Assembly: GCA_963662275.1 (NCBI GenBank)
Contig: OY759316.1
Location: forward strand, 2,336,001-2,400,000
Length of the DNA: 64,000 bases
From: Candidatus Cloacimonadales bacterium
GTDB lineage: Bacteria; Cloacimonadota; Cloacimonadia; Cloacimonadales; DAONDQ01
Direction of reading: 5' to 3'
Shown: positions 52,601-62,032 of the stretch, piece by piece
Layout of the letters: every line of letters starts with the position of its first letter
Numbering within the stretch: the first letter of the stretch is position 1
The notes under the pieces: generated by a model
Database searches by the model: none
What the model was told of the DNA's origin: nothing
The model's input: the letters and a program-made list of their open reading frames with translations, nothing else
Translations under genes and position numbers: made by a program

Positions 52601-52881
52601 AAAACCATACAGGGTGACCCCTGCCAGGTTAAACGTATTGCCATCCCTCCTTCCGCAGGCATGACATAAATCTCACTGACACCCTCTTCCCTGCCAGTAA
52701 ATGCAATATACTTGCCATCAGGTGAAAAACGAGGGTGTGATATTTCTCCTAAATTTGCCGTTAATCTTATGGCTTGACCACCTTTTGTCGTGGTTAACCA
52801 GAGATCATCCTCAGAAACGAAAACGATCTGATCATTAAAAATGGTGGGGAAACGGTAGTAGCCTTGATTTGAAGATTTCAT
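49660..52881 (-). CDS. Tricorn protease homolog (S41 family)
   Basis: Beta-propeller repeats, WKRYRGG, ELGTSH, PDZ, DVRFNGGG, GSDGD, RTWGG and ENYGTDPD. GGAGG RBS precedes ATG 52881. Confidence 0.93.
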   Translation of the reverse strand: MKSSNQGYYRFPTIFNDQIVFVSEDDLWLTTTKGGQAIRLTANLGEISHPRFSPDGKYIAFTGREEGVSEIYVMPAEGGMAIRLTWQGSPCMVLTWQGNEIIYTTTFKQPMGRDQFLYKIPVTGGEPTKLSYGPVSQISFGKKGTVLGRYSNDLARWKRYRGGTAGDILIDENNSGQFHKWLDLKSNLTNPMWIGNRIYFLSDHEGIGNLYSAKPDGKDIQKHSSQKNFYARNASTDGKSIIYHAGGDLYCYDVEKAKEKKVEIVLNSPRIQLNRKFADVNKHLEEYTLSSDGGSILLTSRGKPFTMGNWEGNILQVGKKQGIRYRLSRLLKDQKHVVVLSDEGNVEHVEIHSLNNSDDYIVFPDLDLGRVVSMEITKNKQLLAAVNNRNELLLIDLEKKTKLIVDQNKFGMIWGYSWSPDGRYIAYSISINSKQSQINIYDTETKKIYTVTKPILMDYNPIFDPKGRYLYFMSNRTFNPMIDSIQFELAFPQSDKPYMITLQKDTTSPFLPALKPFKEVPEKPAEPAKKEGKATTKVKVEVIKPVIIDFEGIEDRVLGIPVPEGLYGDLKASEDRLFWTQYALKAMADFDFSDNPETANLIAYNFKTLETEVFLKDILSYDLNDACDVMAVHYQKGIRIIDAAHDPKQELACEDKPGRKTGWIDLNRIKLSIEPLNEWKQMYSEAWRLQREYYWVEDMAGINWKKVHDRYYPLIDRLGSRTEFSDLIWEMQGELGTSHCYEFGGDYKQKPRYGIGYLGADFKFDSKHKAYKITHIVKGDFWQNSTPFMLPGNHIEEGMLLLAINGEKVDIDNPPEKILINFAQQEVSLTVADKTGKNPREIRVKTLNNEMTPRYRDWVDANRKYVHEKTGGKIGYVHIPDMWVQGFSEFHRYFLQEIDRDGLLVDVRFNGGGSVSQLLLEKLARKRIGFDLTRWFGHEPYPSDSIGGPIIALTNEHAGSDGDIFSHAFKLMKLGKLVGKRTWGGVIGIWPRNWLVDGTITTQPEMSFWFKDVGWGVENYGTDPDIFVDILPQDYAAGKDPQLDVTIKEIMKDLKANPPMKPDFSHKPSRKLP

Positions 52882-53133
52882 ATGACCTCCATATATTTTG
52901 TTATTTCTTATATATAGCATACAGTTATGTATTATAAAATGCACAACTGTAAAGTATTTGAAAGTTGAAAAATAGTCAAGATAATATTTGAATTTATTTA
53001 CTTAACTTAGTAAAAATATGCACATTCCAGTGATATTATGTGCATTTTAATTGACAATTATAATCATCGAGAAATTTATCTTTATATTCTGTTTTGAGTT
53101 AGAGCTTGATTTCTTAACGTTATCAACATAAGA

Positions 53134-53235
53134 GCATTACGGTAGCAATACGGTAGCAATACGGTAGCAATACGGTAGCATTACGGTAAAAAACCGTATT
53201 TGTACCGTAATCGTATAGTAATCATACCATGTTTC
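53134..53235. repeat. 11-bp-period inverted repeat array C
   Basis: Five GCAWTACGGTA units followed by four TACCGTAATC-like units. Confidence 0.75.
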
Positions 53236-53260
53236 CTTTACCGAAAATTGCAATTTAAAG

Positions 53261-53566
53261 GATGTATATGGAGCAGGTGCACAACGCAGTGATTTCAAAA
53301 GCAGTGAACCTGCAGATTATCCATATGAAATTGACCCCCAGGGTGATGTTATCAGGATATTCAGTTATATACGCTTAATCAGCGATTTTGTGTGAACAAC
53401 CGGAATCAATGATAATGAAATGGGTGAAGCAATACCTAATTCATAAAATTCAGTAGTTTGGAATGGTGATGATGAGAATAACTGACCTGTTGCTTCCGGT
53501 ATGTATCTCTTCAAGATTAATTATGGCGATAACCCATACAGCAAACAATTGGTTTTGCATAAATAG
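53261..53566 (+). pseudogene. Decayed 3' remnant of a DUF1566-like + T9SS-C-terminal protein
   Basis: One frame reads DVYGAGAQRSDFKS..PQGDVIRIFSYIRL, then in-frame stops, then VWNGDDENN*PVASGMYLFK...SKQLVLHK*. Confidence 0.6.
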
Positions 53567-53666
53567 ATAAATGCAATTTCCAGCACCTAGAGAATGATGA
53601 ATGCTATGATTCCATAAATACAATTCCGGGATTCATAAGTATTCTTGTATAGAGAGAATCTACAAA

Positions 53667-55070
53667 CTATTTTGATTCATCATCAATTTTATATTTTTCT
53701 ATCCTGCGATTCAGGGACTGTCTTGTGATATTCAAAGCCTTAGCAACATGAGTTTTATTATTGTGATAAAATTTCAAGGCATTGATTATCCATTGCTTTT
53801 CCTTTTCTTCCAATATTTCCAGAGGCTGAAAACTCTCTAGCCATATCGTGTCTGGTTCAGCCTGTTGTCCTTTAACATAGAGCTCAGGAAAATCTTCCTT
53901 TCTCAAAATATCCACATTCTTATCGCATAAAGTCATTGCCTTGCTTATCATGTTTTGCAATTCTCTTTCATTCTTGAGAAATGGATAGGTCAATAAAGAT
54001 AGCAATGCATCATGTGATAATTCAGGTTGAGTTCGCTGTAGAATTTCTGAATACATAGTGATGAAGTGTTTTGCAAGAAGAATGATATCATCTTTCCTTT
54101 CTCGAAGTGGAAGAATCTCGATCTGATACCCATTCAGTAACTCAAATAGTTCTAATGAGAAAGTATGATCTTCAACCATCTTCAATATCTTTTTATGTGA
54201 GGATGAAATAAATCGAACATCCAATGAAATGGTTTTAGTTGATTGCATTCTTTTAAATTTTCCTGTTTGTATCGTATGAACTAATTTTTCCTGGATGTAA
54301 AATGGCATCTCTGATAATTCTTCCAGGTAGATAATACCACCATTTGCTGCTTCCAAAACACCTGTCTTATTTTCCACCATACCAGTGAAAGCATTGAGTA
54401 ATTGACCGTACAATTCGCTTTCAAAAAGAATTGAAGAAACAGAAGAACAATTGAATTTCAAGAAAACACTATTCTTTCTTTTACTTAGGGAATGAATTCC
54501 TCGTGCGACGGCTTCTTTACCAACACCTATTTCACCAAGAATAATTACATTCGAGTCATCTTGAACTGCCGCGATGGACATCATTTCGATTACTTTCATC
54601 ATTTCCTGGCTACCTGAGATTATTGAGAATTTTTGTTGTTGTTCATAAGTATCAACTAAATTCAAATATAGATCAGAAGTAGTTTTTATTAATAAAGCCA
54701 GGGAACTTTGAGATGATATATGGTGTGACATGATTTGAATCTCCCTGGCATTTGTTGGTTTCGTGATGTAATCAATAACACCGAAATGCAGGGATTTTAC
54801 AATAACATCATAGTTTCGCTGATTTGCTATAATTATGATTGGTATTTCCTTAAAATAATACTTAATTTTCTCCAAGAATTGTTCAACCGTTATTTCTGGC
54901 ACAAGAGGATTCACAAGCAATAAATCTGGTAAGTCATTTTCATTATATATTTTTGCTAAACTATCTGCTTGAGTAAAAGATACAGTATATTTAAGAGACT
55001 TCAAATATGAACTCAATTCTTTTTGGAAATTTACATCTTCATCAATAATAAGAATTTTTTTTACTTTCAA
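53667..55070 (-). CDS. NtrC-like sigma-54-type response regulator with degenerate motifs
   Basis: Receiver domain, AAA+ domain (GEIGVGKE, FESELYG, PLRERKDDI, NERELQN) and Fis HTH. Confidence 0.85.
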   Translation of the reverse strand: MKVKKILIIDEDVNFQKELSSYLKSLKYTVSFTQADSLAKIYNENDLPDLLLVNPLVPEITVEQFLEKIKYYFKEIPIIIIANQRNYDVIVKSLHFGVIDYITKPTNAREIQIMSHHISSQSSLALLIKTTSDLYLNLVDTYEQQQKFSIISGSQEMMKVIEMMSIAAVQDDSNVIILGEIGVGKEAVARGIHSLSKRKNSVFLKFNCSSVSSILFESELYGQLLNAFTGMVENKTGVLEAANGGIIYLEELSEMPFYIQEKLVHTIQTGKFKRMQSTKTISLDVRFISSSHKKILKMVEDHTFSLELFELLNGYQIEILPLRERKDDIILLAKHFITMYSEILQRTQPELSHDALLSLLTYPFLKNERELQNMISKAMTLCDKNVDILRKEDFPELYVKGQQAEPDTIWLESFQPLEILEEKEKQWIINALKFYHNNKTHVAKALNITRQSLNRRIEKYKIDDESK

Positions 55071-55257
55071 AGCACCCCCTCATTAAAATATATGTTCTTA
55101 TTTTATCATGAATTTTGTCAATGCATTTCTGCCCGATATCGTACACAATGAATTTGAGACGTTTTATAATATGCTTAAGCTGAAAAGTTAAAATCGAAAT
55201 CTCATACAATGAAGTTGAATTAAAAAATCAAAAAATCAAAAAAAATAAATTAAAAAC

Positions 55258-55286
55258 TTGACATCAGTTCAAATTCCTTTAAATTA
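55258..55286 (+). promoter_or_regulatory. Putative sigma-70 promoter
   Basis: TTGACA-N16-TAAATT upstream of the AGGAGG RBS of the gene at 55369. Confidence 0.45.
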
Positions 55287-55368
55287 AGTACGTAATGAGA
55301 ACGAATGTGTGTATATATATTCGTAAAATATTCAAAAACTAGAGCTTAGTATACTAAAGGAGGACCAT

Positions 55369-57753
55369 ATGGCAAAATTCAAAATCTTTTTACTTGTTTT
55401 CACTTTGATGTTAATCAACTTGAGCTTATTCTCTGCTACCATTACCAGTAATGTTTCTGGTAATTGGTATAATGGTGGAACTTGGGTTGGCGGTTTCGTT
55501 CCAGGAGCATCTGATGATGTAATTATTAATGCAACTTCAAAAGTAACTTTAGATGGTCCTGTTACCTGCCACAATTTAAAACTTAACGGTTTGGTAGGTA
55601 CACGGCTTGAATGCGGTGCTTTCACAATTACTGTAACAAATAATATTGACGGACCTGCAACAGACTATACCAACGCCATTATCACAACTGATGGTGGAAA
55701 ACTCAGATTTACAGGTGCTTCACGTCAGCTTTTTGGAATTAACTGGTGCGCTTCCCATGGTAATTGGGCTTGCGAAGTTGCCTTAAATTCTGGAGCAAGT
55801 GGATTTGCAATTACAGATATGAAATTTGGTACTTTAACTATCACTTCTGGATCTTTCGCCGTTAATAATGGTAAAGAATTGCGCATTGAAGGTGCAACGG
55901 GAAGTGGTTCCGGATCAGTCTATATTGCCAATGGTGCAACTTTGACTGCCACAGGTATTATGGGTACATGTACTGCTGTTGCAACTACTTATTGTGGAGA
56001 TGTTGATGTCTATGGAAACCTGGTTATCCAGGGAGATCGTTTGAATGGTACAGTTACTGTCAGAAATGGCGGTATCTTAACAATAAAACGTGCATCCAAT
56101 GCATTAGGTTTAGCTTCAAACGGTCCTTCAGCATTTAATTTCACCTACGCTACCGGTTCTACTCTTCAGTACGATCGCTATCTTGCGATTGGCAGAATGC
56201 CTACCGGTGCTGAAATATCACAGGTGAATAATATTGGTTTACATTATCTTTCCAACATGACCATCAATAATGCTGCCGGTATTGATCTCAGAGCAACTCC
56301 CATCATAGACGGAACTTTGAAGATAATTGATGGAGATGTTATTACAACAAATGCTTCTACTGTCATATATGGTACAGAAGGTATCTTACATTACCAAGGA
56401 TCGACAGGAACACAGACCACAACAGCATTGTGTTTCCCCGACGTGAATCCACCTGCCAGTTTATTTATTGAGAATGCTGCCAATGTAAACCTGCACGCAC
56501 TCCGCACTATCCAAGGCACACTCAAAATATTAAAAGGTCATTTGGTTTCCACCTATGGAGCAACTCTTCGTTTCGGCAGTTTAGGCTATTTGGAATATAA
56601 CAGTACGATTAGCCAAGTTACCAACGATATGGAATTCCCTGGTACATTTGGTCCTGCTTATCTTACCATACACAATGATGCAGGTGTAACTCTTCATGCC
56701 AGCAGAACACTCTCTGAGGATGTCTACATATCCGGTCGTATGTACTTTACAGCTCATACACTTACATTGTCGAGACATCGTTTGGCAATAACCGGTACAG
56801 ACTATATCGCAGATTTCTTCCCCTATTGGGATTCAACACCACATGTTGTTAACTGGTTCTGGCAGAGTTTACCGGATATTTGGAGAACTCAAGGTACAGT
56901 TAGCGGTACCGTTGATGTAACTTTATACTATGATACATCAGAGAATCATGATCCCTTTATTACCTGCTGGAATCGTAGTGTTTTACTCAGCGATCCTTCA
57001 CCTTGGACACACATAAGTGATTTACCAACCAATAATCTTGGATTACAACACTCAGTAGTTTTACTGGGTCTCACTTCTGTCAGCTCCGCTGGTGATAATG
57101 GTATGAATTGGACATTAACTCCAATAGTTCAGACTCTACCGGTTGAAATGACTTCATTTACAGGTCAATTGATCAATAACTCATATGTGTCTTTATCATG
57201 GGTAACACAATCAGAATCAGATTTACTCGGTTATCTTGTATACCGTAGTAATGAAGATATCTTAAGTTCTGCAGTGTGCATCTCTCCCACAATGATTGAA
57301 GCCACCAATTCAGCACAAACCCACACATATACATTTACAGATCCTGAAATTGAAACTACTCCAGCATCTTATTATTACTGGATTCAACATCAGGAATATT
57401 CTGGCAATAACGTTATGCATGGACCAGTTCGCATTACTGTTGGCGATAATTCAGGACAAACACCAGTAATCCCAACATCTACTTCAATTAAATCTGTTTA
57501 TCCTAATCCGTTCAGAGAAAATGCGACAATCTCTTATGGTCTGTCAAAAGGTGAGAATGTAAACCTTGATATTTACAATGTAAAAGGACAAAAGGTTCGT
57601 TCACTTGTTTCTAGTTATCAGAACGCAAATAGCTATAATGTATCTTGGGATGGACGCGACATGAATGGTCGTAGTTGTTCAGCAGGAATCTATTATACAA
57701 GGCTTGATACTAGTACTTATCACCTTGTAAAGAAAATTATCTATATTAAGTAA
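55369..57753 (+). CDS. Secreted beta-helix/adhesin-like protein with LPVEM module and T9SS-like C-terminus
   Basis: Signal peptide, SGNW...TWVGG.VPG..DDVII, LTI.N..GV.L repeats, LPVEMTSF and YPNPF. Confidence 0.8.
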   Translation: MAKFKIFLLVFTLMLINLSLFSATITSNVSGNWYNGGTWVGGFVPGASDDVIINATSKVTLDGPVTCHNLKLNGLVGTRLECGAFTITVTNNIDGPATDYTNAIITTDGGKLRFTGASRQLFGINWCASHGNWACEVALNSGASGFAITDMKFGTLTITSGSFAVNNGKELRIEGATGSGSGSVYIANGATLTATGIMGTCTAVATTYCGDVDVYGNLVIQGDRLNGTVTVRNGGILTIKRASNALGLASNGPSAFNFTYATGSTLQYDRYLAIGRMPTGAEISQVNNIGLHYLSNMTINNAAGIDLRATPIIDGTLKIIDGDVITTNASTVIYGTEGILHYQGSTGTQTTTALCFPDVNPPASLFIENAANVNLHALRTIQGTLKILKGHLVSTYGATLRFGSLGYLEYNSTISQVTNDMEFPGTFGPAYLTIHNDAGVTLHASRTLSEDVYISGRMYFTAHTLTLSRHRLAITGTDYIADFFPYWDSTPHVVNWFWQSLPDIWRTQGTVSGTVDVTLYYDTSENHDPFITCWNRSVLLSDPSPWTHISDLPTNNLGLQHSVVLLGLTSVSSAGDNGMNWTLTPIVQTLPVEMTSFTGQLINNSYVSLSWVTQSESDLLGYLVYRSNEDILSSAVCISPTMIEATNSAQTHTYTFTDPEIETTPASYYYWIQHQEYSGNNVMHGPVRITVGDNSGQTPVIPTSTSIKSVYPNPFRENATISYGLSKGENVNLDIYNVKGQKVRSLVSSYQNANSYNVSWDGRDMNGRSCSAGIYYTRLDTSTYHLVKKIIYIK

Positions 57754-57767
57754 TAATACTTAAGTAT

Positions 57768-57803
57768 AAAAACAGGCTGTCTTCTGACAGCCTGTTTTTT
57801 TTT
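57768..57803 (+). terminator. Rho-independent terminator
   Basis: AAAACAGGCTGTC-TTCT-GACAGCCTGTTTTTTTT. Confidence 0.85.
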
Positions 57804-58242
57804 AACCAGCAAGAGATTTGATCATCTTATCTCTATAGAATGAGTAAATATGAAATCAAATAGAGCATACTATTTTCTCACATTATGTTGTTAATTTCCA
57901 TGCCGTTTCTTGTCATTTTATATTGAAGTTTTATTAGTAAGTGGGTTCGATTTTAAACTCGAAAGTTATTCATTGTTCAATATTTCAATTGTAATTATTG
58001 CTTGTTTCTTGATTAGCAACATCACGTCTGAAGCAGAGTGGACAACTTCAGTTACCTGTACTCCTGATCTATACTCTGAAATTTCAAAAGTACATAGACC
58101 TCTAACATTTCTATATTATCTTATGTACAAATTATTATTGGATTTCTATTAATTACTGTTCGTTACTTCTATAATCAATTTGAAATAGATTTTGATTACA
58201 TGAATATTGGTTTAACCCGAGTTGATACCATCATATTCAAAG

Positions 58243-58274
58243 AAAAGACCCATCATGTATTCGATGGGTCTTTT
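58243..58274 (-). terminator. Probable terminator
   Basis: AAAAGACCCATC...GATGGGTCTTTT after the stop at 58288. Confidence 0.7.
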
Positions 58275-58287
58275 CCAATATGGATTG

Positions 58288-60756
58288 TTATTTTGCTTTG
58301 GGAGGTAAGGATTCAGAGACGTATTTTCCATAGGTGTTATTTATGGTCTGTGTGAATTTCGTCCCAACTATGTGCAAGGTTGTTACATTCCAGATATCAC
58401 CTGTTTCAGATATGTTTCCATAGTAATTAGTTGTACTCTGGTCAGCCTGTCCTTCATTTTGCCGAATTACTACCTGGCAACTTGTGGGCACTGCACCAGT
58501 GGCATGTGTGCTGAAAAAATGTACTTGCACAAGATAATCACCGGGTATGGTCGTCGAGGTTGTAATATTTTCAGGACCATAGCCATCTCGATCATCAAAA
58601 TCAAGAACTAATCCGCTAGAAGTAGTCAAGTTAGCATAGAAACACTTTGCTCCATTCGGATCAGTACACCAGAAATCAACATCTGTACCACCTGTATCCC
58701 ATGTTAAGGTCATTCGAATGTCTGATAATGGTACATTTGAAGTAAATGTGGTAGATGCTTCCTCAGTATTGCTTCCTGAAACAGCCATAACTTTAACAGT
58801 ATGATTCAGAACAGAAGAGGAACCTCCTATGGCGATATCACGACTGAAGACACCATTTGATACATTAGCTATCAACTCATGTTCCAAATCATTATCAAGT
58901 ATCACTACAGCTTCAGTTACCTGAGGATTGGCAATTTTACCAGTTAGCGTTAAAACCCGATTCGTTACTGGTTGAGCTGTGATTGGATTAATCGTTACAT
59001 AAAACTCAACAGGGAAATCAACTGGCAGAGAGATAGTCACAGGAGTATTGGCTGCATCGTGAGTGGCAAATTTAAATAAAAGACTTCCGGTAGTCTCACT
59101 GTAATTGACAGGTAATAGAACATTGATGTCCCATATTCCTGTCTCACCAGCCGGAATGAGAGCATTGGGAGTAGAATTAAATGCAACTGTAATTCCACCT
59201 AAACCTTCTGCTGTTTCAGCTCCTGTTAAGTCTGTTGTACCAGTATTCTTGATATACAGACTCATTGTTACCAATTCTCCCGGATTAATCTTAGAGTCAG
59301 TGAAACTCTCATTGGAGAAAGTGTAATGATCAATCAACAACTGTGCTGCAATGACCTGTATCTGAATACTTTGAGTTTTTGTATGGTTTTCACCGTCTGT
59401 AATGGTAACTGTTACTGTGTAAGTTCCTTCCTGGGTTGGTTTGAAGCTGAAGTTATTTTGCTGATTGGTTGAATTTGTATAAGTTCCGCCTGTTATCGCC
59501 CATGTGAAGGTTAGATCTTGGCCAATTGTGCTGACACAATTAACACTGATTTTTGATAAACTATTCAATGGTACTGTTTCAGGATCAGCAGTCATGTTTT
59601 GTATGACGATAGCATTATTTGCACGATCCATCAGTTTTACCATTTGATTTTTCACTTGACCTTGGACAATTGTCAAGCTTTCGACAGTACTTCTGATGAA
59701 TCCATCAGCCAAGACAATGAAATCATACATACCAGAGGGAAAATCCTGGTTTATACTCTGCGGTGCATTTACGTAAATAGTGATCCTTGGATCAGATTCA
59801 GGCTGGTTTTTCTTGGAAATAATGATGGTCTTACCAACCGAACTACCAATTGGAGGATTGCCTGTTGCATCATTATTGATAGTCAAATTGAGCGTACCCT
59901 TATCATCGTCATCCTGCCCATCACTTTGGCTTTCTACGAATATATCGTTAGCTGTATCATTGCCAATTTCATCTGCAACTTTCTTAACAGCCACCTCAGC
60001 GAGTTCTTTTGCTAAAGCTGCTGCTCTAGCTTTTTGCTCATCATCCCAATATATCACATCTCCACGGATTTGCTTTTTTAAGGGATCGTCATCGGGAAGA
60101 TTCAAGTAATAATTCAACTTTTCCTGGTTTGTATTTCCGGTTAACTGACTCATTGGAATAGGATTATCCTGTGTGTTTGCTAGTATTTCATTCCTGATGG
60201 TCGCATCACAACCGGCGTTGTAATTCTGGAGCCTTTGGGCAATATCAGATAGAAATGGTATTCCTGAATCGGGAGCTACAAGAACCTCACGCAAGGATTT
60301 CTGCCCGCTTACCAATCTCCAACAGGAACGTGCCTGTTGACCTGTTTGAACAACTTTATTCTTTGCAATATTATATACTCCCCGTGCAATACTGCCAAAG
60401 ATGTTCTTTCCCTGGTCACCATAAGGGATTATTGCATCTTCCAATGCGATCAAGTCATCAAAATACGCAGCGGTTTGTTCACTTTGTGTTACGTAGGTAT
60501 CAAACAGGGCACTAATGTCTGAGTTAGCATCCCGATTTGATTTTGAACCCAGTGCATTGATCTTTTGAGTAATTTGATCCATCGTTGCATCACGTGCTCC
60601 TAAACTAGCTGTTAAGTTCGTCTCAGCAGCATCATATTGCGTTAGTGCCTGTGAAGTAGTGAGTTGTGTGTGATTTGTTGTTTTCTTCTTATCACAAGAG
60701 ATAAGAAACATAGTAAATAAACTAAGAAGGATAATGATGTAAATCTTTACTTTCAT
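58288..60756 (-). CDS. Lipoprotein with PKD/Ig-like domains and C-terminal YfaP/DUF2135-like domain
   Basis: Lipobox LISC; GTYTVTVTITDG; LTWDT..DVDFW.TDPNG...LDFDDRDGYGPENI. Confidence 0.75.
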   Translation of the reverse strand: MKVKIYIIILLSLFTMFLISCDKKKTTNHTQLTTSQALTQYDAAETNLTASLGARDATMDQITQKINALGSKSNRDANSDISALFDTYVTQSEQTAAYFDDLIALEDAIIPYGDQGKNIFGSIARGVYNIAKNKVVQTGQQARSCWRLVSGQKSLREVLVAPDSGIPFLSDIAQRLQNYNAGCDATIRNEILANTQDNPIPMSQLTGNTNQEKLNYYLNLPDDDPLKKQIRGDVIYWDDEQKARAAALAKELAEVAVKKVADEIGNDTANDIFVESQSDGQDDDDKGTLNLTINNDATGNPPIGSSVGKTIIISKKNQPESDPRITIYVNAPQSINQDFPSGMYDFIVLADGFIRSTVESLTIVQGQVKNQMVKLMDRANNAIVIQNMTADPETVPLNSLSKISVNCVSTIGQDLTFTWAITGGTYTNSTNQQNNFSFKPTQEGTYTVTVTITDGENHTKTQSIQIQVIAAQLLIDHYTFSNESFTDSKINPGELVTMSLYIKNTGTTDLTGAETAEGLGGITVAFNSTPNALIPAGETGIWDINVLLPVNYSETTGSLLFKFATHDAANTPVTISLPVDFPVEFYVTINPITAQPVTNRVLTLTGKIANPQVTEAVVILDNDLEHELIANVSNGVFSRDIAIGGSSSVLNHTVKVMAVSGSNTEEASTTFTSNVPLSDIRMTLTWDTGGTDVDFWCTDPNGAKCFYANLTTSSGLVLDFDDRDGYGPENITTSTTIPGDYLVQVHFFSTHATGAVPTSCQVVIRQNEGQADQSTTNYYGNISETGDIWNVTTLHIVGTKFTQTINNTYGKYVSESLPPKAK

Positions 60757-61072
60757 ACAAATCTCCTTTGTTATATGTAAAATACTTCATAGATTATTTA
60801 TGTCAAAAAATTTCTGTAGATCACATACTCTTTTTTTTCATGTCCATGAAGATGTTTGCCATTTAATGATTAGACTATGGCATTTCAACATTTTCCTTAT
60901 GGATAGCTGACCTATAAAAAAAGTATCACTGAAAATAGTAAAAACACTCGAGTATATCTTGATAAGCTTGATGTTTTTCTATTGATATGTAAAAACTATT
61001 ACTTGACGCGTAGCTATTAAAATCATTTATCAGTATAGGTATTATATCTAAGTAAATTACTTGGAGGTCGCC

Positions 61073-61417
61073 ATGAGTTACAATGTTATCTTTAAATTAG
61101 TACTTATTCTCATTGTTATATTGGGTTCGTATTCTGATTTTGTTAAGGGTGACTACAGCAGCATTATCTTAGGAATCTTCATATTTATTTCCATATTAGA
61201 AGAGAAACACAAACTGTTAGCTGGTACTCTTTTTTTGGTTGGTAGCTTGATCTTTGGAGTAACCTGCCGCAATTTATATCATAATCTCTATACATTCTTA
61301 ATTTATTTCCTTGTAATTTTCTTCGTCGGCTCCTTTTCTATTCTTCAGTATTACAAACAAAAGAAGAAGAGCGAGAAAGAAGTCTCAAAAATAGAAGCAC
61401 CTAAGGAAAGTAAATAA
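61073..61417 (+). CDS. Hypothetical membrane protein
   Basis: GGAGG RBS precedes ATG 61073; about 4 hydrophobic segments. Confidence 0.6.
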   Translation: MSYNVIFKLVLILIVILGSYSDFVKGDYSSIILGIFIFISILEEKHKLLAGTLFLVGSLIFGVTCRNLYHNLYTFLIYFLVIFFVGSFSILQYYKQKKKSEKEVSKIEAPKESK

Positions 61418-61459
61418 CTTTCGATTAAGTAATTTACTTAATCAAAAAAAGGAGTTAAT

Positions 61460-61918
61460 ATGAAACATCATTGGTTTATTTGGGTACCACGCATTTTGAC
61501 TTACGTGTATTTTCTTATTCTTCTTATTTTTTCCTTTCATCTCTATGGAGGGAATCAACCCTTAATTTTCCAGAATGAAAGTACAACTGACAAATTGCTT
61601 TCCATCTTTATCTTTCTACTGCTAATGATTGGTACTCGGAAGAGTCCTATACGTTCAGGTCTCGTTGCGTTCTTAACATGCTTTTTAATTACAGTTATTT
61701 TTCAAACCTACAAAGATCTGTTCTACTTCCCGATTCTATCTCTACCTTTGCTCATCATTGCTATTTTCTATATTATCGCACATTATACTAATCCAGAGAT
61801 CAAAGACCCGCATAAATCGATTTGGGTATCGCTGTTCAGTATTGGGAAAAAGAAGATAACAGCCAAAGAAAAGAAAGAAGTCAATAAGGATACTAACGAT
61901 AGTAATCCTGATTCATAG
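61460..61918 (+). CDS. Hypothetical membrane protein
   Basis: AGGAG RBS, a W.PRIL N-terminus and about 4 TM segments. Confidence 0.65.
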   Translation: MKHHWFIWVPRILTYVYFLILLIFSFHLYGGNQPLIFQNESTTDKLLSIFIFLLLMIGTRKSPIRSGLVAFLTCFLITVIFQTYKDLFYFPILSLPLLIIAIFYIIAHYTNPEIKDPHKSIWVSLFSIGKKKITAKEKKEVNKDTNDSNPDS

Positions 61919-61924
61919 CAAGTT

Positions 61925-62005
61925 CAAACCTATCCCATTCCTATGTCGCGATACAGGAATGAAATAGGTATGAGATTGGTATGGAATTGGATTGGGATTG
62001 GCAGT
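61925..62005. repeat. 11-bp-period inverted repeat array D (same consensus as A)
   Basis: CAAACCTATCC CATTCCTATGT CGCG ATACAGGAATG AAATAGGTATG AGATTGGTATG GAATTGGATTG. Confidence 0.65.
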
Positions 62006-62032
62006 AATAATGAGGAGTTATTGGAGTGTGTA

